Positions 10,471 to 21,475 of a DNA stretch of 64,000 nucleotides are shown here, in pieces. Numbering within the stretch: the first letter of the stretch is position 1; the number at the start of each line of letters is the position of its first letter. The DNA comes from Vitrella brassicaformis CCMP3155 (lineage: Eukaryota > Protista > Chromerida): the NCBI GenBank assembly GCA_001179505.1, contig CDMY01000688.1, positions 62,001-126,000 on the forward strand, read 5' to 3'. The notes below the pieces were generated by a model that was given only the letters and a program-made list of their open reading frames with translations, was not told where the DNA came from and made no database searches. Both the position numbers and the translations under genes were made by a program.

Positions 10471-12558
10471 CTACAATGTGGCCAAGAAAATGTCCACTCC
10501 ACAAGCATCGAAATCACTCTCCCCGCCCAACACTGCATAACCATCGCTATTCCATTGACCCATGTAACCGACAGGTACAATCTTTTCATCGGTCTGCTGA
10601 TGGCAGCAGAGAATATTGTCAACTGGGCGGGCACCGTTGCAGCCCAAGTACAGCGACCCACCCACATTCACATTCGCACCCACCCCATCCGGCTCCACAT
10701 ACTGCGCACACGGAATGCTCTTCGGCTCGGAAAAGTGGCCGAGAACTGAGAAAATCCGCACAGAATTGCTGCGTGTGGTCGGCTGGTCGGGCTGAAGGCC
10801 GCCATTGATGTATGCGCCGAAAATGGATCGTGGTGTGTAGATGATGATGAGCAGGCCCTCGGTATTGCCAACACCCCTGCGCATTTCGGTGACCGATTTG
10901 TCGTGCTCCCTCGACCTGTGAGGCAAGGGCATACATGGATGCACACGATGGCGGACGTGTGGCCACTTACGAGTAGAGCAATCCTAGTTGGAAATTGTTC
11001 GTGTGCAGAAGGTTATTATCTGACAATACAATCTGCACGACACCACCCACACCACGAGAGGGGAGATGCTCATATGTGGTGCTGCTCTCTCGTGCGCCTC
11101 TCGCGAGTACCTTAAGCCATCCCTCTAAGTGAGGCGACTTGTCCAGGTCGACAATAGTGACCCCTTCCATTCTTCTATAATCATTGCTGCACACACACAC
11201 ACACACACACGGACATAGCACACACAGAGATGGCACATAGGGTACGTGTGTTTGCGAACCTCATATTGGGCCAGAATCCTGCCATAATGACCCGCAGGCA
11301 ATGCTGGACGGGACGGGTCAGCTCCAAAGAGCCCGTTGTAATCTTGAGGACGGCCTCCCCGCAATCCCCGTCACCATTAAGCCTAGTGGATACGCAGCAG
11401 TCAGAACACACACAAGCATACAACGGGTCTCTCTCTCTCTGTGTGTGCGTCTGTGTGTGTGTGTGTGTGCGCGCGCGCGCGCTTACACAACTGCGGTATC
11501 GTTAACAAATGCACTGAATCTTCCTCTTTGCATCTCATTGTCATAGTCTGAAACCGAAGCAGAAGACGCACCCATTGCAGGTGCTGCCATGTTGTCATAT
11601 TGTGTGTGTCTGGCGGTGTACCGACGGCAATCGTCGCTAGTTTTAATACTATGCCGCAGTCCACCCCCTTCTGGTCGCCATTGATTTTGTAGTCGTAGTA
11701 CCTCCCTCTCACATTGGGCTGACTGTCGAAATACTCGTGGAGCTCGGCTGTCCGCTGTGACAGGGAGGGAGGGAGAGGGAGGGGGGGCGTGAGAGAGGGC
11801 ACAGCTCTTTGCGTCTGCATGCGTGGGTGTGTGCTGTGTGCTCACCTTGTCCCACGGACGGGCCCTTCCGTGGAATATTTCAATGATTATCTGGTGTTGA
11901 GGGATTCGTAGTATATCAGTTGCAATATATTTGCTCCATGCCACAATGAGGTGCCCCTCTGGGTGCGGACCGAAGAGCTCTTTGAAGGATTTCTGAACAC
12001 CCACATGCACACCAAGATCTGCCCTGTTTGTCGCGCTCTGTCTGTCTGTCTGTCTGTCTGTCGGTGTCTTTCTGACCGCCAAGTTCGCCACGTCGTTGAG
12101 AAAGGGCACAGGGGGAGGGGGGGTGGGCACCAGTATGTGAAATAAGGCCTCCAGGGGTCTCGGATCTGGGGTCTTGGAGCAAAGCGGATGTTCTTCGGAC
12201 CCCTACAGGTGTCAAAATAGGGGTCCCGCCTCTCTCCGTGGCGCCAATCCTGGGGTCTCAGTTTTCTCGTTTGTCGGGCGTTTTGGCCACTGCAGAGGGT
12301 AATTGGAGGTCAGGCGATGATAGCTGGTGCTTATCCAAGCTGCTCTTGACCGCCCCGAGCGCCCAGGAGCCTCCAGACGGGTGAGGATAGCCAGGGAATC
12401 CGCTTCCAGCTCGCAAAGCTCGCAACGCAGGGGTCCTGAGCGGCCAACACTACGATTTAGCAGGGGTCTCGCCGACGTCCTCGGCTGACAACAGGGGTCT
12501 TTTTGGGGGTCTTTTTTAGGGGTCTATTTCACACATTGGTGGGCACAGCCTCACCCAT
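10471..12558 (-). pseudogene. TLDc-domain protein gene with exon 1 interrupted by a hAT-type element
   Basis: The C-terminal exon LLY|RSREHDKSVTEMRRGVGNTEGLLIIIYTPRSIFGAYING...LGGESDFDACGVDIF fits the TLDc pattern (LYRxS, IFGAY, terminal F-x-x-x-x-V-D/E-I-F). Removing 12131-12538 plus one TSD copy restores ATG GGT GAG GCT GTG CCC ACC CCC = MGEAVPTPPPPVPF. Confidence 0.7.
12131..12538. mobile_element. Non-autonomous hAT-like DNA transposon (MITE), 408 bp
   Basis: 8-bp direct repeat GTGGGCAC at 12123-12130 and 12539-12546. Imperfect 14-bp TIRs: CAGTATGTGAAATA versus the reverse complement of the right end, CAATGTGTGAAATA. About ten GGGGTC motifs cluster in both subterminal regions; no transposase-like ORF. 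Confidence 0.9.
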
Positions 12559-12728
12559 GTTGGCCCGCCCTTCTGCGTTTCACCGAAACCCCAACACGCC
12601 ACGGGCATGCGCACACACTTTGTGCACGACACACAGACACCACACGGACACACACCTCACTAACGACGCGTTCCTTTTATCGCATGAGGTCCTGTTCCAT
12701 CAGAATTCATCTGCATGTTCCTTTGTTA

Positions 12729-12859
12729 ATTTCGTTTGATTTCGTGTGAGAGACACCATCTTTTCTTTTGTATAACTAAGTGAGAGGCACTGAGGAACAC
12801 ACATGGGTGGGTATGTTCCAACTTGCGTCCACATCCATGAGAGGCCATTCATTTCATCA
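12729..12859 (+). repeat. Diverged dispersed repeat, copy 2
   Basis: Aligns block-wise to 9592-9734. Confidence 0.8.
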
Positions 12860-13430
12860 TCCGCGCACACACCGCACACACCGCACACACCGCACACACA
12901 CACAGACACACACGGCAGACGCGGCAGGCCATGCCAGCACACGGGCGCACACGCATGGCCATGCGTACATTGACAAAACCCCAGCCACGGCCGCATACAT
13001 GCGAATTCCCCTTAGAACATTTAATGAATGCTCCAAGGGAAGCGCAGGCGCCAAAAGGTCCCACTTGCATCCCATCCATCTCCCCGATCACAACATGCAG
13101 TACAGACGCAACACAGACAGACAGACGGAGGAGGAGGAGGAGGAGGAGGAAAAAAACCGACAAGACAGCAAAACGTCGTTGTCCCTCCGCCTGTCTGTCT
13201 GCCTGTCTGTTAATTGGCACGCGAGCTGGCCAGACATACGGCACACACCCATCCCCCAACAAAACAATGGTGTCGCACGGTACAGTGCAGCTCACATAAA
13301 ACATGGATGGCACCAACACAGATAAATATGCATGTCGACAGCCAGCTGAAAAAGAGAGGCTGGGCTGCAGTCTCCAGCCAGCCACAGAGTGACCTAAATT
13401 GCACCCACCCGCCCCAGTTGACCCACTGAA

Positions 13431-15306
13431 TTAAACCCTCTCCTCCCCCCTCGCACAACCACCACAGCCACCGGACGCCTCTCTCAGTGCAGGTGCGGCA
13501 ATGTCGTCGAGCTGCTCTGCACCACCGCACGACGTCTTCACCCACACAAGAAGGAACGTCGCTGACCCGACCGCCCCCAGCACTGCCAGCAGGCCAAATG
13601 CGACAGGATAACTGAGCTTGTCGGCGATGAGGCCGGCCACCGGCCCGCAAACAAGCCCGGCCACACCGATGATCATGTGAAGGAAGCCAAGGGCGACTGG
13701 CAGGCGCTTTGTGCCGAACAGCTGGGCGACAACGCAGGGAGTCAGACAGAAGCGGGCGCCCGAAGCGATGCCGAACACACAGGCGAAGAGGACCAGCTGC
13801 CAGAGGCCGCGGGCGACGGTGAGAAGGGCCACGTCGACGGCCATCACGACTGTGCAGCAGAAGAAAGTGCCGATCCGGCCGACCAGGTCAGCAACCTTGC
13901 CCAGAATGATCCGGCTGGCGGTCGATGACGCTCCGAATGCCGTTACCGTTAGCGCGGCTAGGTCAGACGAGAGGCCGTTCTCTGTGCCCCTGAACACATG
14001 AATGGAAAGAGCGCACACAATGTCGGCAAGAAGTAAATGACGGGTTGATGTATGTATGTGTGTGTGTGTGTGTGTGTGCGTGTGGGCTGACCAGTTGGGC
14101 CAGTGGGGAAGGGTCCCGAGGTACGCGCACGCCCAACAGAAATGGGCGACGGCCAGCAACATGAGCCGAGAGTCGCGGAAGAGCGACCAATCGAAGACAG
14201 ACAGGGCCATCCGACACGCCGGTTCCCGCTCTTTCGGCGTCGCAGCTGTTGTGCGTTGGCCATGGCTTCCTGTCGACCCTTTACTGCCATCGTCCTCAGA
14301 GGCCACACCCACCACCAGGTGGTCATTCGTCTGCTCGTGCCGTGCGTCGCCTCCTTGTAACTGAGAGGACACCGGTCGATCATCGCCTCCTGGACGGCAG
14401 GGCTCTTTGGTTCGGCTCTCTTGCGACGGCCGCTCGAAGAAGACAGAGGCGAAGAGAATCATGCCAGAACAGAGCGCCGCTTGCACCCTAAATGTATTCC
14501 GCCACCCCAGGGTCACGAGGAGGGCATCGAAGACAGGGGCTAGGGAGAGAGTGCCAATGCCACTCCCTGACACCGCCAGACCTGGAAATGGGTGCGGACA
14601 GCCACACAAGGGACAAGTGTACGTGCGCTTCCTCGCGTGCGCGGTTTGGACTCACCGGTGGCAAAGGCTCGGTTCTTGTCAAAGTGGAGGGCCAATATGG
14701 TGATGGCCGACATGAATGACAGGCCAAAGCCGAGGCCACCAATGACGCCATACGTCAGAGAGAGCTGCCATAGGTCAGTCATGAAGGAGCTGGAAACCAG
14801 CCCAACGAGCACAATCACTGCCCCAGCCTGAGCCATCCTGCATGCGCCATCGCACCACATCAGACACAGAAATCGTCTGTGCCTCACTGGTCGGAATGGA
14901 CGGGTTCTCCTTAATTACCTACCTTCTTTGGCCGTATTTTCGAACCAATGCGCCATTAATGAAGCCAAAGAGCATCATGCACGACCCGGCTGAGAACACG
15001 ACGCTCGTGAGGGCCCTGCTCGTGCCGAAATGGGCCAGCAGGTGAGGAAAGAACACACCCTGGAGGGAACACACAACAAACAAAGGGGCTGTCCAGGCTG
15101 GCTGGCGTCGACAAGAATTGGAGCGTGTTGTGTTTGTGCCTCACGAAGGTGTTGCGTGTTCCCTGCGCACCATAGGCAGGTAGAAAAGGCAAACGAGTGA
15201 GGGATGCTTCCCGTTTTCACTCCCACGGCCAGCTTACGAATGTGCTGAAGTGTACGAGCCAGGAGGCGACCACCACCATCGTTGCGAGGCTCCTGTCTTT
15301 GGCCAT
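13431..15306 (-). CDS. Major facilitator superfamily transporter, monocarboxylate transporter (SLC16/MCT-like) family
   Basis: MAKDRSLATMVVVASWLVHFSTF|GTRNTF|GVFFPHLLAHFGTSRA...; YGVIGGLGFGLSFMSAITILALHFDKNRAFATGLAVSGSGIG; GKVADLVGRI; FGTKRLPVALG; multiple hydrophobic helices. Confidence 0.92.
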
Positions 15307-15525
15307 TGTTGCGGAACGGGAACGCCGTTTTCCACTAGCTAGCTCGTCTCGTCAGTCACAGCAGCAGCGGTTTCATGGAGCACCCTAAGATCTGGCTCAA
15401 CAAAAGAGGGAATGCTGCGATTTTGCCCTCATTCAATAAGTGAAGGATAGGGGAAAGCACGACAGATTGAAATGTACTGTCCCTCCAACCCATTCTGGAG
15501 TACGCAATTCGCACAAACACACACA

Positions 15526-15760
15526 CTAACACAACAGCACCGCCCAAAAATGAATGGGTTTCTTGCATTGCGGGCATCCCTTGTCAAAGCTCATGGGGTC
15601 CTTCTTGCGCAGCCACCCCACCAGACACCCCTCGCAGTACTCGAACCGACACGACGGACACACCACCCGCACGCCATCCATCCGCAGTGCGGAAGGCCCG
15701 GCCCAAAAGGCTGCCGCCACAGCCAAATCGCAGCCTACGCATTCAGCACATCCTTGACCA
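15526..15760 (-). other. RING-like Cys-rich ORF overlapping the stop of the upstream F-box-like gene in another frame
   Basis: AECVGC...VVCPSCRFEYCEGCLVGWLRKKDPMSFDKGCPQCKKPI: four CxxC pairs plus the RING-typical CLxxW. Confidence 0.5.
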
Positions 15761-16150
15761 CACCACGCACGAGTGCCACTGTGCGTGGGTAAAGCGCTGC
15801 GCCCCTCCTGCCGCGAGCTGGGGGCTCCGTTGTGAAGACAAAGAAGCAGATGTTGCCGAATACCGTCATGTAGATAGCAAACTCGTCGATGGACTTGTCC
15901 CCAGACAGAATCACAACCGTCTCCTTTAATCCCTGAGGGTTCTCTTCACCGATGTCAGCCGCCTTGCGATAGCCCCGCCAGGTGCGGCCTGGCTGGGCGC
16001 CCACCTGAGCCGCCAGCTGCTGCTCGGCATGTATGGTCGCAAAGACTCCGCCACCCAGACGTCGGATGATGACGCGTCCGTCGTACCGGTCACGGGAAGC
16101 TGAGTGGACTATAAGGTCGGTGAACGATGAGAAGGCTCTGTTTCCACCTG

Positions 16151-16183
<33 letters not shown>

Positions 16184-17190
16184 CAGAGAGCAACGAGTTG
16201 AAGCACAGGGTAAGCATCGCCTTGATGTGGTGACTTACACTTGGTCGGTGGGTCGAATGCGTCAGAAGGCAACACACCGGGCGTGTGGTATGTCACCGGC
16301 TGTGAGCTCGACTCCAGGCAGTCTTGATTGTCAAAACGGCCGACCCGTAGGGTGGAACCTAATCGACGGCTGAAGAGTGAGTACTGCCGCACCGCTCCCG
16401 GCCGCGCGTCAAAGACGGCCCTGCTGCCTACCGCCTTCAAGTCATCCGCAGTGACGACAATGGGCAGTGAGGGCATCATGCCGCAGTTCTTCATGAAGTG
16501 GATGAGCGGCACGATGGGCTCCCAGCAGCCTCCCTCCTCGATGACGTACAGCAGCCGCATAACGTACTCGATTTGGCTCATCCGCTTGTCGATCCCGATT
16601 GCCAGCCGCAGGCCACCCCACGCGAGGCGAGCACCCCATACGAACACGTCCCAAGACCACATCATCAGCTTCGTCATCTTGTCTACATCTCGCCGTGCCC
16701 ACTCCGCCTTGCGCGCCGTGTTAATGAGCATATTAAGGATTCTGCTCCCAGAAAGAGCCACGACAAACAACGTAAGATACCACTCGGACGTGGCGAGCCA
16801 ATGATCCGCTAAGAAGATGGCAAGAATCTTTCGTATCAGCCACTGCGTCGGCAACAGAACGACAGCAAGCAGGATGGGGAAGCTGAACAAGACAATGATC
16901 ATCGCAGCGAGGCCGCCGAGAAGGCCGATGGCAGTTGAAAGGGCGCTGTAGGCGGCCTTGAGGAAGTCCTGGGCCGTCTTGTGTCGCTTGAGATAAGACA
17001 GCACGGGATTCAGTCCATTTGAGTGGATGGCGGCGTCGAGGCGGTCCGTGAGGAAGTCCTCATTGATGAGATGAAAGCCAACGCTCCTGGACGTGGCGCG
17101 GAGGGCGCCGCAGCTGTCGGCTTTGAGATACCTCAGCAAGTGGAGGGAAATATCGTCAGGAAGGCCAAGCAGATAGCTCCGGTCGCCCAT
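15735..17190 (-). CDS. Lineage-specific F-box-like protein with an internal hydrophobic (TM-like) segment
   Basis: MGDRSYLLGLPDDISLHLLRYLKADSCGALRATSRS is F-box-like. One phase-1 intron containing (CCTG)n joins ...PPTK|CGNRAFSSFTDLIV; ends YPRTVALVRGVVKDVLNA*. Confidence 0.7.
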
Positions 17191-17459
17191 TGCTCGACAG
17201 GAAACACCGACTAAATCCACTTTCCATCTTTCTCTAAACCCGCCGGCCAGCCTGAGCGGGTGGTCCCGTCCTGTGTGCGCTGCCCCACTAAGGGCACGCG
17301 GAGACCGTCCTCTTTACCGTCGACCACACCCTGCGTCTCCTGTGCTCCTTCCGACCGGCCCTGGTCTTCAGAGGATGGAAGTCGAAACGCGGGATTCCAC
17401 GGGAAGAAGAAACGCAGCACACGCCCGCCAATGCTCCTGCACCAACATCACACTCTCTC

Positions 17460-17812
17460 TCAAACCGCCGAAGTAGACGACTCATGCGATTCCTCGTGCA
17501 GGACGCACCTGAGAAATCGGTCATGCTCTTCTTGTGCTGCCTTGTTGGCATCCTCGAGCTTCTTGGCGTGCGCCTACAGCATCGCCAGAAACAAGCACAA
17601 CAATTGACCCCACCCAGTGGAGGTGATGGACGAGATCGGAGAGAGAAGAATATTCGTCCACATACAGCGAGCCCTTTGCATTGCGCGTCGATCTGTCTCG
17701 AGATGTCCGCGACCTCGAACTGTGACCACGCTCTCGACCCCAACGGGTAAGGGTCTGAGTGAGCCACGCCGCACACAACAAGAGGCGGATACGTACGGCG
17801 GCCTGTGTCATA

Positions 17813-17843
<31 letters not shown>

Positions 17844-18163
17844 CGTCTGTGTCTGTGTCTGTGTCTGTGACTGTGAGAGAGCTTCCCTTACGGCCTCTTA
17901 CTTACTCTCTTTGCGATAGCACTCCCTCACCTCCTCCGGCTCCTGAAACAAACACATGAGACAATGCAGGCAGGCACCGCACCGTGCTGTGTGGGTGTTC
18001 CCTACCTCAGCGACATCCGCTCTCTGTCTTGCTGCAGCACGAGGAGGGTCATACTCACAAATCTGCCCTGCACACAAGGACGCACAACACCATTTCGCTG
18101 CCGACTCAATCCTCTTTCCTCCGTACCATTCGCATCTAGGCGAGGCCACCGAGCATTCCCCAT
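17460..18163 (-). CDS. Small hypothetical coiled-coil protein with an N-terminal MG (possible myristoylation)
   Basis: Five short phase-consistent exons: MGNARWPRLDAN|GQICEYDPPRAAARQRADVAE|EPEEVRECYRKE|NPYPLGSRAWSQFEVADISRQIDAQCKGLA|AHAKKLEDANKAAQEEHDRFLRCV. The 3' end is uncertain. Confidence 0.6.
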
Positions 18164-18292
18164 TCTTTCTTCCGGCAGCAGCGGTTTCAGGAAGCACCCT
18201 AGGCGGCCTATCGGATCGGCCAACTTTGAAGTCCTATCGCACGCCCCATCCCCTCTGCGGCGCATCCCAACTCATCAGTCAGTGCGTCCGTC

Positions 18293-21005
18293 ATGATTCA
18301 CACAGGTCGGCATCCGCACACACACTCACACTGACACTCACCCATCATATATGTGTATCTGAGCGTCGAAGTGGATGCGTGGGCGTGCAGATCTGGAGAC
18401 CTACATCGCCAGCTATGGCGACCACGGCAAGCTGCACCGACTGCAATTCATCGCCCACCGCGGCTCTCCCCGCATCAAGAGCGAGGCGCTGCACCACCTC
18501 CTCACCGTCGCCAAGCGCCTCGACAACGTCAAGATGTACCAGGAGGCGCACAGCGCACTCAAGGGGCTGCTCGACGAGAACGTGGACCCGATGCTGGGCA
18601 GCCTGCCGCACATGGAAACCGACTGGGTGAATGCCACCACCCGCAACAATGCACAGCAGCAGCAGGTCTTCGAACAGGTGGGGCGAGCAGGAGGATGCCA
18701 CGGTGGCTGGTGGGTGTGGGTGAGCAGGATGGGGGAGTGATCTGCCTTGTGTGGTGTGGTGTGTGGTTTGGTGCGCAGGACCTTCATCAGGCGAAAGTGA
18801 CGCAGATCAAGGACAGCATCCGGGTGGGTAGTGGGCATGACACACACACACATCACACATCACACATCACACATCACACATCACACATCACACACATCAC
18901 TCATCCATCGCACGCACACACACACTGTCTGGCTGACCGATCGCCCTCGTTTACGGCTGTCTGGCTGTCTGGCGCCCGATACGCAAACAAGAGGGCGAAG
19001 ACCACACTTGCACTCACAGACAGAGAGAGGGAGATGTCCATACGCCCAGTCTCACTCACATGACATGTGGATGCAACATGCTCGTCACACGACCACACAC
19101 GCGATGAATGACTCCCACGTCGTCTGCACGCGCGTGTGTGTGTGGTCAGCTGGCGTTGATGGCCTCGGCGACCTTCTACTTCCGCCGTGGCAACTATGAG
19201 GTGGGTCGGTGGGTGGGGAGAGGGGGGGAGGGGAGGAGGAGAGGGAGTGTCGCCATGTAATGTGTGTGTGGTTTGTGTGTGTTTAGGAGGCGCTGAAGCA
19301 TTACTCCAAGAGTCGCGAGTACACTGTCGAGGCGCCCAACGTGCTAGAGGTAGATACCACATCCGCCGCAGTGAGATGGACAACGATCGTTGTGTGTCGT
19401 GTCATGCAGATGTGTTTTGCGTCCATCGAGACGGTGGTGATGCTGAGCAGATACACAGACATCATATCCTACGCAGCCAAGGTACACACACACGCAGGGT
19501 AAGACGGTGTGCACATGTTGTGTGTGGCCAATCCATTGACAGGCTCAGCACACGCCGTACAAGACTCCGAAGGACAATGCGCGCGTGACGGCTGCACACG
19601 GACTCTACTACCTCAAGCTGCGCAAATACAAAGACGCTGGTACGTCTGCTGGTGCGTGCGTGGCACGCACACAAGAGCAGCCACCTCATAACCGGGCAAT
19701 GGTGTGTGTTTGTGCCTGTTTGCAGCTGAGTCGTTCCTCGGACTCAAGCCCAACGAGCTCGGCGAATCGTTCAAAAACGTGAGCACCCCACACCACAGCC
19801 ACTGCACCACCCTGCCGAGTGAAAGGGAGACCTGCACACATCCATCTGTTCGTTGGGTCTGCAATGGTATCTGTGTGTGCAGGTGTTGACTGTGCAAGAC
19901 GTCGCCCTGTATGGCTCGCTGTGCGCCCTGGCCTCCTACACACGGACGGAGCTCAACGAGAAGGTCCGCTCGTCGATCGCAAGATGCATACGAGGCGATC
20001 CCGCGTATGTGGGTGATCTGTGTGTGTGTGCAGATCGGGGAGAAGTCTGTGTTCCGCGAGACGCTCGACTTCGTCCCCATCATCCGGTGAGTCGATACCA
20101 CCACGCGCCTCACACCAACACACACTGGCTGGGCGCCTCATGGTGTGTGTGTGTGCGTGTGTGCGCGTCATTCGTTCAGAGATCTGACGTTGGATTTCTG
20201 TCAGTGTCACTACAAGAGATGCCTCGAAGCGCTCTACAAGATCAAGGTCCGTCGGTGCTGGTGGGTGGGCGGCATGTAGCAAGCAACACATGAGTCCGTG
20301 TGGTGTGGTGTGTTGTGTGTTGTGTGTTGATGCAGCCGAGTGCCGATTTGGATGTCTATTTGTCTGCTCACTGGACGGAGCTCATTCGCAACATCCGAGA
20401 CAAAGCCATCGTGCAGGTACCAAGGAGAGGTAGCAAGGAGGAACCTGTGGGTGGATTCACCGTGTGTGTCCATCTGTCAGTATTTCTCGCCATTTCTGTC
20501 GGTGTCGCTGGCTAACCTCGCGGCCGAACTCAACACTGATGTAGAAGGTCAGGCAGGCCATTGGCAGAGAGACGTGGGTATCGTCATGCATGGCTCCTTT
20601 CTATGCGCCCGTGCGTGTGGTTTGTAGGCATCGAGACAGAGGCGGCCAACCTGATCGCAGAGAAGAAGATCTCAGCCAAAATCGACTCACACAAGAAGGT
20701 ATCCCTCCCTCTCTCCACCCACCCACCCACCCACCCACACGGACAGATCCCATTCCACACCTCACCGCCCTCTCTCTCCCTCTGTCTGTCTGTCTGTCTG
20801 TGTGCAGGTGTTGCTGCAGCGTGACACGGACCTGCGCCGGTCGACTTACAAAGACGCCATGCGGCTGGGGCAGGAGTTCTTCGAGTCCACTCAGCAGCTG
20901 CTGCTCAGGCAAGGACTCACTTTCTGTCGGTGCCATGCGTGTAGGAGCCATGGGTGGATCGATTGACGGGGGCCTGGCCCTTCTCTCTCTCTCTCGTCTC
21001 TCTCT

Positions 21006-21037
<32 letters not shown>

Positions 21038-21094
21038 GTCTGCAGAATGAATCTGGTCAAGTACGACATGGCCGTCAAGCCCTCGCGCAAGTGA
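18293..21094 (+). CDS. CSN1: COP9 signalosome subunit 1 (PCI domain, RPN7/CSN1 family)
   Basis: MIHT|DLETYIASYGDHGKLHRLQFIA; KDSIR; YYLKLRKYKDAAESFL; QDVALYGSLCALASYTRTEL; DVYLSAHWTELIRNIRDKAIVQYFSPFLSVSLANLAAELN; ISAKIDSHKKVL. Many GT-AG introns. Confidence 0.93.
18838..18900 (+). repeat. (CACACAT)n heptamer microsatellite in a CSN1 intron
   Basis: catcacacatcacacatcacacatcacacatcacacatc seen directly. Confidence 0.9.
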
Positions 21095-21475
21095 ATCAAC
21101 GACGACCATGGACTGGATGGACACGTGTTAGCGTGCTACAGCGAAAGAGGGCGAAAGAAACGACGGCGGACGGCGGATGGCTGGATGCCATCATGTGTGT
21201 ATTTGTAGCTCTCTCGGTCTGCATGGCCATGCAGGTGTCGTTGATGGAGTGCGCGTGTGTGTCTCTCAACTGACAGCGATGCCATCCATACCACGGCTTT
21301 CGCATCCACACCATAAACACACAGCGCGAACAAACGACAAACCGTAATGCTTGCAGCCCATCGATAGTAGAGCAATCGATGAAGAAGCAAGCAGAGGCTA
21401 AACGACAGACAGCTCAGGCTTCACTACGGCGCACGGCTGGCTGCTCGTTTGGCCATCACATCACTGCCGTCTGTC

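Noticed and set aside
11500-12020. Ulp1/C48 SUMO-protease-like motifs (GHLIVAW, YFDS, QKGVDCG)
   Set aside because: The exons splice into a protein ending in a TLDc domain, a second DCG occurs downstream, and the spacing is loose. Probably coincidental; an HMM search would settle it.
12131-12538. CRISPR-like or tandem array from the recurring GGGGTC motif
   Set aside because: The motif is only 6-7 nt with irregular spacing, and is explained as transposon subterminal repeats.
9592-12859. LTR retrotransposon interpretation of the flanking direct repeats
   Set aside because: No TG...CA ends, PBS, PPT or gag/pol; the repeats are short and the interior is an intron-containing host gene.
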